Assembly (NCBI GenBank): GCA_038208905.1
Contig: JBBQYG010000036.1
Span: forward strand, 1 to 29,207
Direction: 5' to 3'
Length of the DNA stretch: 29,207 nucleotides
Source: Candidatus Sumerlaeia bacterium
Lineage (GTDB): Bacteria; Sumerlaeota; Sumerlaeia; SLMS01
A model generated the notes under the pieces. The model saw only the letters and a program-made list of their open reading frames with translations, was not told the origin of the DNA and searched no databases. The first letter of the stretch is position 1. Each line of letters starts with the position of its first letter. The translations under genes were made by a program, and so were the position numbers. Of the stretch, positions 17,536 through 26,822 are shown piece after piece.

Positions 17536-19761
17536 ATGAAGGAGTTCAAGCCCAAACCCTCGCCCCGCCCCGAGGACCGCCTCTTTCTCCGCCAGGAGTT
17601 CGAGGGCGTCATCAACCGCGTCACCTTCGCGACGGAGGACGGTGCCTTCAAGGTCGTCTCCTTCACCACCGACGAAGGGGACATATTCAAGGCGGCTGGA
17701 GGGCTTTTCGGCGCCGAACCGGGGGAGTGCCTGCGCCTGACCGGGGAGTGGAAGGAGCACCCGCGCCACGGTTGGACTTTCAACGTCACCAGTTTCATCC
17801 CGCGCCTGCCGGAGACCGAGGGCGCCATTCAGGCCTACCTTGGCAGCGGCATGATCAAGGGCGTCCGCGAGGGCACCGCCAAGAAGATCGTCGATCACTT
17901 CGGCGCCACCACGCTGCAAGTGCTGGACGAGACGCCGGAGCTGCTCTTCGAGGTGCCCAAGCTGACACGCAAGACCGCGCGCAAGATCATGGAGGAGTGG
18001 TCGAGCCACCGCGCCGGGCGCGAGGCGATGATCTTCCTCAAGGGCGTCGGCCTTTCCAACGCGCTGGCGGCGCGGCTGATGCGCCACTATGGGGAGAAGG
18101 CCGTGGCGGTGCTCCGCGCCAACCCCTACCAGGCGGGGCTTGACGTGCCGCGCATCGGATTCGCCATGGCCGACGAGATCGCGGCCAAGATGGGCATCGC
18201 GCGCGACGCGCCGGAGCGCGTGCAGGCGGCCTTCGTCCACCTGCTCGACCGCGCCTCAACGGAGGGGCACACCTTCCTCCCGCGCGAGGAACTGGTGGAG
18301 CGATCGACGACGATGCTGGGCGTGTCGCAGGAACTGGTGGAGGGCAATCTGGACGCCGCGCTGACCCACGGGTATATACGCCGCGTGGCCGTGGGCGACC
18401 GCGCGGAGTGCTATTTCATGGCCTCGCTCCACGAATGCGAGTCGGGCCTCGCCAAGATCGCCATCGAGCTGCTGCGCCAGGCAAAGCCCCTTGTCACCAA
18501 GGACGTCGACGCGCGCATCGCGGATTTCGAGCGGCGGTTCAAGTTCTCCCTCGCACCGCTCCAGCGCGACGCCATTCGGTCCGCCGCGGCGGGCGGGCTC
18601 TGTGTCATCACCGGCGGACCCGGCACGGGAAAGACGACACTGGTGCGCGCGCTGTTGCACGTGATGAAGGACGCCCAGATCGATTTCGCGCTCTGCTCGC
18701 CGACGGGCCGCGCGGCGCAGCGCCTCTCTGAAACCACGGGCGAGGAGGCGGCCACGATCCATCGACTGCTCCGGTGGAACGCGCAAACGGGGCGCTTCGT
18801 CCACAACCGCGAGAATCGTCTGCCGCTCGACCTGCTCATCGTGGACGAGGCGTCGATGCTGGATGTGCCGCTGGCGTACTCGCTGCTCTCCGCATTGCGC
18901 GATGGCGCGGCGGTGGTGTTTGTGGGCGATGTGGATCAGTTGCCGAGCGTTGGGCCGGGGACGTTCCTCCGCGACCTGATCCGAAGCGGGCGCGCGCGCA
19001 CCACCCGGCTCGATGTGGTGTTCCGTCAGGCGGAGGAGTCGCTCATCATCCGCAATTCACACCGCATCAACCAGGGCGTCGGCATTCAGTCCGGCGATCC
19101 CGCCGATCCCAAGACTGATTTTTTCTTTATCGACCGCGATGAGCCGGAGGCGATCCGCGAGGCGATGCTCCAGATGGCGACGGAACGCGTGCCCAAGCGG
19201 CTCTCCATCGACGCGATGGAGGGGGTGCAAGTCCTGACGCCGATGCGCAAGGGAGCACTGGGCGCCGACGAATTGAACACCCTGCTGCAGGGGCGCCTGA
19301 ATCCCGGGGGCGAGCCCATCGGCATTGGACGCGTCCGGCGCGGCGACAAGGTCATCCAGACGGTGAACAACTATGACCTGGACGTCTATAACGGCGACGT
19401 GGGCCGCATCGACGGCATACATCCCGAAACGCGGCAGGTGCGCGTGGTCTTTGGCAAGCGCCCCGTGTACTACCCGATCGACAACATGGATGAACTGGAG
19501 TTGGCGTATGCCATCACCATCCACAAATCCCAAGGCAGCGAGTACCCCGCCGTGGTGGTGCTGATGCACACGAGCCACTACATCATGCTCAAGCGCAACC
19601 TGCTCTACACGGCGATCACGCGCGGCAAGCGGCTGGTGGTGCTGATCGGCAACCGGCGGGCGATGTTCCGCGCGATCTCCACCTCCTCCGAAACGGAGCG
19701 GATGACCGCGCTGGAATTCTGGCTGACTCGCCCGCCGGAGAAGGACGACCTGCTGGCGTAG
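17536..19761 (+). CDS. recD2: ATP-dependent RecD-like DNA helicase (RecD2)
   Basis: N-terminal OB/HhH region (YLGSGMIKGV, NPY, IGF..AD), TGGPGTGKTT, PTGRAA, TIHRLL, IVDEASM, VGDVDQLPSVGPG, AYAITIHKSQGSE, LLYTAITR. Confidence 0.96.
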   Translation: MKEFKPKPSPRPEDRLFLRQEFEGVINRVTFATEDGAFKVVSFTTDEGDIFKAAGGLFGAEPGECLRLTGEWKEHPRHGWTFNVTSFIPRLPETEGAIQAYLGSGMIKGVREGTAKKIVDHFGATTLQVLDETPELLFEVPKLTRKTARKIMEEWSSHRAGREAMIFLKGVGLSNALAARLMRHYGEKAVAVLRANPYQAGLDVPRIGFAMADEIAAKMGIARDAPERVQAAFVHLLDRASTEGHTFLPREELVERSTTMLGVSQELVEGNLDAALTHGYIRRVAVGDRAECYFMASLHECESGLAKIAIELLRQAKPLVTKDVDARIADFERRFKFSLAPLQRDAIRSAAAGGLCVITGGPGTGKTTLVRALLHVMKDAQIDFALCSPTGRAAQRLSETTGEEAATIHRLLRWNAQTGRFVHNRENRLPLDLLIVDEASMLDVPLAYSLLSALRDGAAVVFVGDVDQLPSVGPGTFLRDLIRSGRARTTRLDVVFRQAEESLIIRNSHRINQGVGIQSGDPADPKTDFFFIDRDEPEAIREAMLQMATERVPKRLSIDAMEGVQVLTPMRKGALGADELNTLLQGRLNPGGEPIGIGRVRRGDKVIQTVNNYDLDVYNGDVGRIDGIHPETRQVRVVFGKRPVYYPIDNMDELELAYAITIHKSQGSEYPAVVVLMHTSHYIMLKRNLLYTAITRGKRLVVLIGNRRAMFRAISTSSETERMTALEFWLTRPPEKDDLLA

Positions 19762-19794
19762 GTCGTTTTCGTGTAATCACAATCGATTTCCACG

Positions 19795-19885
19795 GTAGCA
19801 TGGGCATCCTGCCTATGCACGACCCGCTCACGGACGACAGCTTTGCTTTCGGGTGCCGCTGCATGGGCGAGACGCACCATGCTAC
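19795..19885. repeat. GTAG-type REP doublet, second locus
   Basis: gtagcatgggcatcctgcctatgc (19795-19818) and the diverged inverted copy gcatgggcgagacgcaccatgctac (19861-19885). Confidence 0.85.
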
Positions 19886-19962
19886 CGTGCTTCGCGCTCC
19901 CGCTCGGGGGTGGAATGAACCGAAAAGGGTTGGCTACGTCATTCAGGAAAACGCCCTAAGCC

Positions 19963-20421
19963 TTACTCGACCGTAACCTTCACGATCTTGACCGGGGTGG
20001 AGGGCTTGTCCCCGGGGCCCGTTGGGGTCTCCTCGATGGCCTTCACCACGTCGAGTCCATCGACCACCTTGCCAAAGACCGAGTGCTTTCCATCCAGCCA
20101 CGGCGTCGCCACGGTGGTGATGAAGAACTGGGAGCCGTTGGTGTTGGGGCCGGAGTTGGCCATAGAGAGGATCCCCGCACCCGTGTGCTTGAGGTCCTTA
20201 TGGAACTCGTCGGCAAACTTGTAGCCCGGGCCGCCGCGGCCGTCGCCGTTGGGGCATCCGGCCTGCAGCATGAAATTCTTGATCACGCGGTGGAAGATCA
20301 GGCCGTCATAGAAGCCCTTCGCGGCGAGGTCCTTGAAGTTCTGCGCTGTCTTCGGCGTCTTGTCGTCGAAGAGCTCGATCCGGATCGTTCCCTTGCTGGT
20401 TTCCATCTTCACGAATGACAT
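19963..20421 (-). CDS. Peptidyl-prolyl cis-trans isomerase, cyclophilin type
   Basis: [49 protein letters not shown]. Confidence 0.97.
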   Translation of the reverse strand: MSFVKMETSKGTIRIELFDDKTPKTAQNFKDLAAKGFYDGLIFHRVIKNFMLQAGCPNGDGRGGPGYKFADEFHKDLKHTGAGILSMANSGPNTNGSQFFITTVATPWLDGKHSVFGKVVDGLDVVKAIEETPTGPGDKPSTPVKIVKVTVE

Positions 20422-20506
20422 GTCGGCGATTCCTTCCCTGTGGGTTTGGTGGGAGGAAGGTGATTGGGGGGCCGTGGGGCCCGCAAGAAGAGTTCGACGC
20501 CCCCGC

Positions 20507-22231
20507 TCACCCCGCGTCGGCGAGCAGTTCCTCCGCCAGCGCCAGTCCCCTTGCAGTGTACTTGCCGCCGTCCAGCAGGCGGGCCAGCTCGCGCTGGCGG
20601 GCGATGCCCTCGGCTTGGGCAATTCGGGCGATGGTCCTGCCCCCGGCCTCGAGCTTCTCCACCACCAAGTGAGTGCCCGCCGCCGCCGCCACCGACGGGT
20701 TGTGGGTGACGCAGAGCAACTGGCATCGCGCCCCCAGCGCCGCCAACCGGTCTGCCACCGCGCGCGCCGCCGCGCCGGAAATTCCCGCGTCCACCTCGTC
20801 GAACACCAGCAGTCGGCCCTCCTGATCCCCCGCGTCGAGAGACCGCAGCGCCAACATCACGCGGCTGAGTTCGCCCCCCGATGCCACGCGTCGCAGCGGT
20901 TGCAGCGATTCGCCCTCGTTGGCGGTGAAGAGGATCTCTACTTCCTCGGCGCCCGATGCTCCGCAGAACTTCCCGTCCCCCAGCGCCACCCCCGAGGAGA
21001 CCGGCACAAACGCGATGTCCACGCGCACCTTGGGAATGGCAAAGTCGCGCAGCAGCGCCGCCAGCGGACGCAGGAATACCGCGCGGGCCTTGTCCCGCCG
21101 TCCGCTCAGATCTCGGGCCGCCGCGGCGAGCGCCGCCCGCGACTTCGCCACGCGTTCCTCCGCGCGGCGCCGCGCGCCCTCCGCATCGTCGATGCTATCG
21201 AATTCCGCGCGAAGCTGCTCCAGCCGCGCCAACGCCTCGGCCTCGGTGGGGCCATACTTGCGAAGGCCCTTCTTCAGCGCGTCGCAGCGCGAATGGATTT
21301 CGTTCAGGCGCGAGGGATCGGTCTCCAACGAACCGAGGTAGCGCTCCATATCGTAGGTCGCATCCGCGAGGCGAGACTGGATGTCATCCAGCCGTTCGGC
21401 GAGGCCCTGCACCTCGGGATCTTTCGCCGCCATGCGCCCGAGCGCCGCCGCCGCCGCCGCAACCAGATCGCACGCCCCATGCGAATCGTCGCCGCCGCCC
21501 GAGAGCGCCTTCGACGCAACCGCGCCGTGTTCCTGAAGGAGTTCAATACTGCCTAGCCGACGGGCCTCCGCCTCAAGTTCCTCCAACTCGCCGACACGCG
21601 GCTCCAGCGCCTCCAACTCGTCGACCTGAAACCGGAGGAAGTCCGCCCGCTGCGCGCGCGACTGGTCCGCCTGATCGAGAGCCTCCAGCTCCGTCGCGGC
21701 CTGTGCGGCCTCCTGCCAGAGTTTGCGGACACTGCCGCGCGCCTCGTCCAACCCCGCGAAGCGGTCGTAGAATTCGCGCTGGGTGGCGGGGTCGAGAAGG
21801 CTTTGCTGGTCGTTCTGGGCGTTGATTTCGAGGAGGGTGGCGGCGACCTCCGCAAGCTGGCCCACGGGCGCGAGGCGCCCGTTGATGGAGGCCCGTCCAC
21901 GGCCCGACGCCAGCAACTCGCGCCGAAGGATCACCTCCCCCGATTCGTCCACCTCGATGCCATGCTCCGCAAGGCACACCGCGGCGGGGGAGCCCACTGG
22001 CGCGTCAAAGACGGCCTCCACGATGGCGCGGTCCGAACCCGTGCGGACGAGGCTCGGCGTGGCGCGCAGGCCGGAGAGCAGCCCCAGCGCGTCCAGCACC
22101 AGCGACTTCCCCGCGCCCGTCTCTCCGGTCAGGACAGTCATCCCCGACCCGAAATCGAGCGCGCATTCCTCGATCAACGCCACGTTGGTGATGTGCAGAT
22201 GCCGGAGCACGGGCTGCGCCTCCTTCGCCAT
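20507..22231 (-). CDS. recN: DNA repair protein RecN
   Basis: [10 protein letters not shown], coiled-coil middle region, [32 protein letters not shown]. Confidence 0.96.
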   Translation of the reverse strand: MAKEAQPVLRHLHITNVALIEECALDFGSGMTVLTGETGAGKSLVLDALGLLSGLRATPSLVRTGSDRAIVEAVFDAPVGSPAAVCLAEHGIEVDESGEVILRRELLASGRGRASINGRLAPVGQLAEVAATLLEINAQNDQQSLLDPATQREFYDRFAGLDEARGSVRKLWQEAAQAATELEALDQADQSRAQRADFLRFQVDELEALEPRVGELEELEAEARRLGSIELLQEHGAVASKALSGGGDDSHGACDLVAAAAAALGRMAAKDPEVQGLAERLDDIQSRLADATYDMERYLGSLETDPSRLNEIHSRCDALKKGLRKYGPTEAEALARLEQLRAEFDSIDDAEGARRRAEERVAKSRAALAAAARDLSGRRDKARAVFLRPLAALLRDFAIPKVRVDIAFVPVSSGVALGDGKFCGASGAEEVEILFTANEGESLQPLRRVASGGELSRVMLALRSLDAGDQEGRLLVFDEVDAGISGAAARAVADRLAALGARCQLLCVTHNPSVAAAAGTHLVVEKLEAGGRTIARIAQAEGIARQRELARLLDGGKYTARGLALAEELLADAG

Positions 22232-22300
22232 TCGTTCGCCACGAAGGAAAGGCGTAGGCAAGGCGATGGGCGAAGGCAAGGCGAAAATGAAAAATCCGCT

Positions 22301-22375
22301 CACCACAGGGGCTCAGAGGGCACGGAGTAAAACTACTCTCCAACAGTTCTCCGTGTTCTCTGCGCCTCTGCGGCG
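22301..22375. repeat. Imperfect inverted repeat with cacagag-like 9-nt periodic arms
   Basis: caccacaggggctcagagggcacggag (22301-22327) pairs with ctccgtgttctctgcgcctctgcggcg (22349-22375). Confidence 0.7.
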
Positions 22376-22388
22376 AAATACTTTTTTC

Positions 22389-23114
22389 CTACTCTTCGTC
22401 GGGCTCCAGATTGCTGGAGACTTCGGTCACGTCGTCGTTTTCCTCGATCGACTCGATGAGCTTCTGGCAGCTTTCGAGTTCCTTGCCTGAGAGCTTGACG
22501 CTGGTGCTGGGGATGAGGCGGACGGCGCTGCCGGTCACCTTGATCTTCTTGGCTTCAAGGGCCTCGCGGACCTGCTGGACGGTCTCGGGCTCGGTTTCGA
22601 CCTGGAAGTATCCATCGCCCTGGTTCTCGATATCCACGGCGCCCGCATCCAGGGCGGCCTCCATCACGGCGTCTTCCTCGCCTTCCTCCACGTCGATCAT
22701 GCCCTTGCGGGTAAACAGGTAGCTGACGCATCCGGTGGCGCCGAAGTTGCCGCCGTTGCGGCTGAAGGCATGGCGGATTTCCGCCGCCGCGCGGTTCTTG
22801 TTGTCGGTGCTCAAGTTGATCATCAGGGCCACGCCGCCGGGGCCGTAGCCCTCGTAGACGATCTCCTCGATGGCGGCGCCGCCCAGCTCGCCGGCGCCCT
22901 TCTTGATGGCGCGCTCCATCGTGTCCTTGGGCATGTTGACATCCTTGGCTGTCTGGATCGTCGTGCGAAGGCGCGGATTGGAATCCGGATCGCTGCCGCC
23001 CATGCGCGCGGCGACTGTCAGTTCCTTGATCACGCGGGTGAACATCTTGCCGCGCTTGGCGTCGATCAGGGCCTTCTTATGCTTGATCGTATTCCATTTG
23101 CTATGCCCTGACAT
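22389..23114 (-). CDS. yebC: YebC/PmpR family protein
   Basis: MSGHSKWNTIKHKK, NPRLR, YEGYGPGG, TDNKNR. Confidence 0.97.
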   Translation of the reverse strand: MSGHSKWNTIKHKKALIDAKRGKMFTRVIKELTVAARMGGSDPDSNPRLRTTIQTAKDVNMPKDTMERAIKKGAGELGGAAIEEIVYEGYGPGGVALMINLSTDNKNRAAAEIRHAFSRNGGNFGATGCVSYLFTRKGMIDVEEGEEDAVMEAALDAGAVDIENQGDGYFQVETEPETVQQVREALEAKKIKVTGSAVRLIPSTSVKLSGKELESCQKLIESIEENDDVTEVSSNLEPDEE

Positions 23115-23297
23115 GCGGGTGGTGCTCCTTGGTGGTTCGGCGTGGCGCCGGGGGGCGATTTCCCCTCGGGTGAACGGCGGGAGAGTAACCTCCCGGTACG
23201 CGGAATGGTCAAGAGTAGAGCGCGGGGGGGACAGGATTGAGCAATGAGGAAGGGAGGGAACGAGGGTCGGCCGTTCAAATTGTCGGCGCCGCCTTGC

Positions 23298-23459
23298 TCA
23301 AACCGGCAACTGGTCGAACTCGGCCGCGATGGTCAGCAGCCCCGAATGGTCCCGCAACTCGAACGACTGGCACCGCTTGTGTCGACCGATCATTGCCTCG
23401 CCCGTCTGCCCTACAACGAGTAGCACGAGCAGGTTCGTATCGACCAGCAGCCTACGCAT
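23298..23459 (-). pseudogene. Truncated PIN-domain (VapC-like) toxin
   Basis: Manual translation MRRLLVDTNLLVLLVVGQTGEAMIGRHKRCQSFELRDHSGLLTIAAEFDQLPV* (53 aa). It has the PIN N-terminal LVDTN motif, and its start overlaps the end of the upstream gene. Confidence 0.7.
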
Positions 23460-23748
23460 CGATTCTCCGGTTTCTCACGGCGACGCCCTCCGCCGAGCCG
23501 TCGTCGATCCGAACCTGTTTATAGGTCCGTTTGGGGAGTGTCCGGGCATCCAGCACTGCCGCAAGGCCACCATTGCCTCGCGGAAGCTGCTCCCAAGGGC
23601 GCGAGAATCCAACGGTTACCGTCCACTCTCCCGCGGCATCGTCAAATTCGACCTCCTCGAGACCGACGTTTGTGATGCCCTCTTTTGAGTAGAGTTCTTC
23701 AACGTGGCTGATTGCCCGGCTCACCGCATCTCCGACCTTGAGGTTCAT
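23452..23748 (-). CDS. Small hypothetical protein, probable partner/antitoxin of the PIN gene
   Basis: GLEEVEFD...WTVTVGFSRPW...RTYKQVRID. AAGGAG RBS before the ATG at 23748. Coupled to the PIN fragment. Confidence 0.7.
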   Translation of the reverse strand: MNLKVGDAVSRAISHVEELYSKEGITNVGLEEVEFDDAAGEWTVTVGFSRPWEQLPRGNGGLAAVLDARTLPKRTYKQVRIDDGSAEGVAVRNRRIDA

Positions 23749-23794
23749 GGAGAGTCTCCTTCGTGGCGAACTTTCAGTCTCACACGCTACTTTC

Positions 23795-25225
23795 CTACAC
23801 CGCCGCCGGCTCTCCAATATGGAAGAACTCCCGCGCGTCAACCACCTCGCCGGCAAAGGCGGCGGCGGCGACCATCACGGGGGACATGAGGAGGGTGCGG
23901 CCGGTGGGGGAGCCCTGGCGGCCCTTGAAGTTGCGGTTGGAGCTGGAGGCGCAGACCTCCCGGCCCTTGAGTTTGTCGGGGTTCATGGCGAGGCACATGG
24001 AGCAGCCGGCCTTGCGGTACTCGAAGCCCGCCTCCTCCAGAATCTTGTCATAGCCGCGCTTTGCGAGTTCAACCGCCACGGCCTGGCTGCCGGGGACGGC
24101 GAGGGCCTTGACGCCGGGGGCGACCTTGAAGCCCTTGCCGCGGATCATGTTGATCACCTGCTCGAAGTCCGACACGCGGCCGTTGGTGCAGGAGCCGATG
24201 AAGGCCACGTTGATCTTGGTCCCCTTGATCGGCTGGCCCGGCTCGAAGCTCATGTACTCATAGGCCTCCTGAATGAGCGCCTGCTCATCCTCGTCGAACT
24301 CGGCCTTCTCCGGAATCGTGGCGCCCACGGCGGTGGACTGGCCGGGGGTGATGCCCCAGGTGACCACGGGCTCGATGTCCTCCGCGTTGATGCGGAACAC
24401 ATCGTCGAACTTGGCGTCGGCATCGGAGCGGATGCTGTTCCAATAGGCCACGGCCTGGTCCCACGCGGCGCCCTTGGGCGAAAACTCGCGGCCCTTCAGG
24501 TATTCATAGGTCGTCTCGTCGGGATTCACGTAGCCACAACGCGCGCCGCCCTCGATCGACATGTTGCAAACGGTCATGCGCTCTTCCATCGTGAAGTTGT
24601 CAAAGACCTCGCCCGCGTACTCGTAGGCATAGCCGACGCCGCCCTTCACGCCCAGCTTCTGGATGATGTACAGCACCACGTCCTTGGCATAGACGCCGGG
24701 GCGGAGCTTGCCGTTCACCTCGATGCGGCGGACCTTGACCTTGTTCATCACCAGGCACCCCGTCGCCAGCACGTCGCGGATCTGGGACGTGCCGATGCCA
24801 AAGGCCAGCGAGCCAAAGGCGCCGTGGGTGGAGGTGTGGGAGTCGCCGCAGCAGATCATCATGCCGGGCTGCGTCAGGCCCTTCTCCGGGCCGACGATGT
24901 GGACGATGCCCTGCTCGCCGTTCTTGGGGTGAAAGAACTTGATTCCGAATTCCTTGGTATTGTCCTCCAGCGCCACCAGCATCTCCTCCGCCATCGCGTC
25001 GGAAAGGGGCCGCGACTGATCGTGGGTCGGGATGATGTGATCCACCGTGGCAAAGGTGCGCTCGGGGAACATCACCTCCCAGCCGCGCTCGCGAATCATG
25101 GAGAAAGCCTGGGGCGACGTGACCTCGTGGATCAGGTGAAGGCCCATGAGCACCTGATACGACCCCGAGGGGAGTTGGCGCACGGCATGGCTGGCGAAGA
25201 CTTTCTCATAGAGGTTGCGACCCAT
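23795..25225 (-). CDS. leuC: 3-isopropylmalate dehydratase large subunit
   Basis: [60 protein letters not shown]. Confidence 0.97.
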   Translation of the reverse strand: MGRNLYEKVFASHAVRQLPSGSYQVLMGLHLIHEVTSPQAFSMIRERGWEVMFPERTFATVDHIIPTHDQSRPLSDAMAEEMLVALEDNTKEFGIKFFHPKNGEQGIVHIVGPEKGLTQPGMMICCGDSHTSTHGAFGSLAFGIGTSQIRDVLATGCLVMNKVKVRRIEVNGKLRPGVYAKDVVLYIIQKLGVKGGVGYAYEYAGEVFDNFTMEERMTVCNMSIEGGARCGYVNPDETTYEYLKGREFSPKGAAWDQAVAYWNSIRSDADAKFDDVFRINAEDIEPVVTWGITPGQSTAVGATIPEKAEFDEDEQALIQEAYEYMSFEPGQPIKGTKINVAFIGSCTNGRVSDFEQVINMIRGKGFKVAPGVKALAVPGSQAVAVELAKRGYDKILEEAGFEYRKAGCSMCLAMNPDKLKGREVCASSSNRNFKGRQGSPTGRTLLMSPVMVAAAAFAGEVVDAREFFHIGEPAAV

Positions 25226-25416
25226 CGTGGTTCTCGGCTCCTGGCGGAATTTCCTGTGATACCCTTTCGCGGCAACTGCGACCGCGCGAAAGAGGTCCGC
25301 ATGGTCCCGGGGGGGGCGCCACCTGTCAATGCTGGAGCGGCGAACGCAGTCTGGCATTGTCACCCGCAGAGAAGGATTTCACCGTGTCCTCCCAGTCCCA
25401 CCGAACCGGTATCGCC

Positions 25417-26502
25417 ATGCCCCCGCCCCTTGCCTCGCCGCAGACGCAGTTCATGGACAAGCGCATCCTCGTCATCGACGACGAGCACCGCCTGGCGGAG
25501 AGCCTCGCGGCGCTGCTGCGCGGCGTGGGCTACCACGTGGAGGCGGCCACCAGCGGAGAGCAGGGAATCGCCCACCTCCAGTTGATCGCCTGCGACCTTG
25601 TCATCAGCGACCTGCGCATGGCGGGGATAGATGGGTTCGATGTAATGCGATACGTGGCGGATAAATGCCCCTCCACCGCCATCATCGTCATCACCGGCCA
25701 CGCCAGCACCGAATCCGTGATCGAGGCGCTGCACCAGCGCGTTTCGGACTACATCCCCAAGCCCTTCGATTTCGAGTTCCTGCGCCGCGCCGTCGAGAAG
25801 GTCTTTGCCCAGCAGGACACCGAGCGCCTTCGCGAGGACATGATCCACATGCTCTCCCACGACATCAAGGTGCCGCTGACGAGCATCCTCGGATTTGCCC
25901 AGCTCATGCAGGTGAAGGAGGGCGGACTCCACGCGGACACGGCGCGCTTTGCCGACATCATCATCTCCAACAGCCAGAAGGTGCTGGGGATGCTGGACAA
26001 CTACCTGACCAACGCGCGCGTCGAGCGCGGCAAGCTCGAGATCGCGCCGATGCCCATCCGGATCGAGGAACTGATCACGGAGGAACTGCGGCTCCAGAGC
26101 CTCGAAATCCGGAAGAAGAAGCTTTCCGTCGAATTGGAAATCGGCCCGGTCCCGCCGGAGTTCAGCGCGGACGAGCCCCTGCTTGTCCGCGCCATCGGGA
26201 ACCTGCTTTCCAACGCCACAAAGTACACGCCGGAGGGCGGCACCATCCGCATCACCGTTGCCGCGGAGGGCGCCATCGCGCGCATCCTCGTGGCCAACAC
26301 GGGGAGCGGGCTCACGGCAGAGGAAGTGTGCAACGTCTTCGAGCGCTACGTCCGCGCCAAGTCATCGCGCGGCATCGCCGGCACCGGCCTCGGCCTCCAC
26401 GTCGTCAAATCCGTCGCCATCGCCCACGGCGGCCGCGTCACCTGCGAGTCGGCGGATGGGTGGGTGCGGTTTTCGTTGGTGCTGCCGATTGTGCCGGGGT
26501 GA
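25417..26502 (+). CDS. Hybrid response regulator / sensor histidine kinase (REC-HisKA-HATPase)
   Basis: ILVIDDE, DLRM, KPF receiver domain, then LSHDIKVPLTSI H-box, NLLSNATKYT and GTGLGL. Alternative start at 25453. Confidence 0.94.
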   Translation: MPPPLASPQTQFMDKRILVIDDEHRLAESLAALLRGVGYHVEAATSGEQGIAHLQLIACDLVISDLRMAGIDGFDVMRYVADKCPSTAIIVITGHASTESVIEALHQRVSDYIPKPFDFEFLRRAVEKVFAQQDTERLREDMIHMLSHDIKVPLTSILGFAQLMQVKEGGLHADTARFADIIISNSQKVLGMLDNYLTNARVERGKLEIAPMPIRIEELITEELRLQSLEIRKKKLSVELEIGPVPPEFSADEPLLVRAIGNLLSNATKYTPEGGTIRITVAAEGAIARILVANTGSGLTAEEVCNVFERYVRAKSSRGIAGTGLGLHVVKSVAIAHGGRVTCESADGWVRFSLVLPIVPG

Positions 26503-26822
26503 GGAAGGGCGAATTTCCGAGCATCTCGCGGAGGAGAAGTACGCCCATTTAAGGTCACGAACCGTGACCATGAAGCCGGCGCCGCGCGCGGCCTCGGAAG
26601 TACCTCGCCCACGCATTCACCAAGCCCATCGACGCAGCCCAACGGCTCCATCAGCGCCGCCTCTCGCTCCTGAGGGTCTCCACCACCGCCGTGATGCATT
26701 CCTGCGGGGAAAGAAAAGGTGAGGCAACAAAACAATAAAAAAACGATTCGTACCCCTCTATTTTCCTTGACGGATGCGGGGGGGGCTAACCTCTTCCAAT
26801 CAAACAAGAGGCAATCAAAAAA

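Noticed and set aside
17536..23114. recD2, recN, yebC and cyclophilin as a novel defence or repair island
   Set aside because: All are ordinary housekeeping genes with host-like codon usage, and recD2 is convergent with the others.
26553..26569. Hairpin ggtcacg-aac-cgtgacc after the kinase gene
   Set aside because: Short stem without a U-tract and no second copy, so no function can be assigned.
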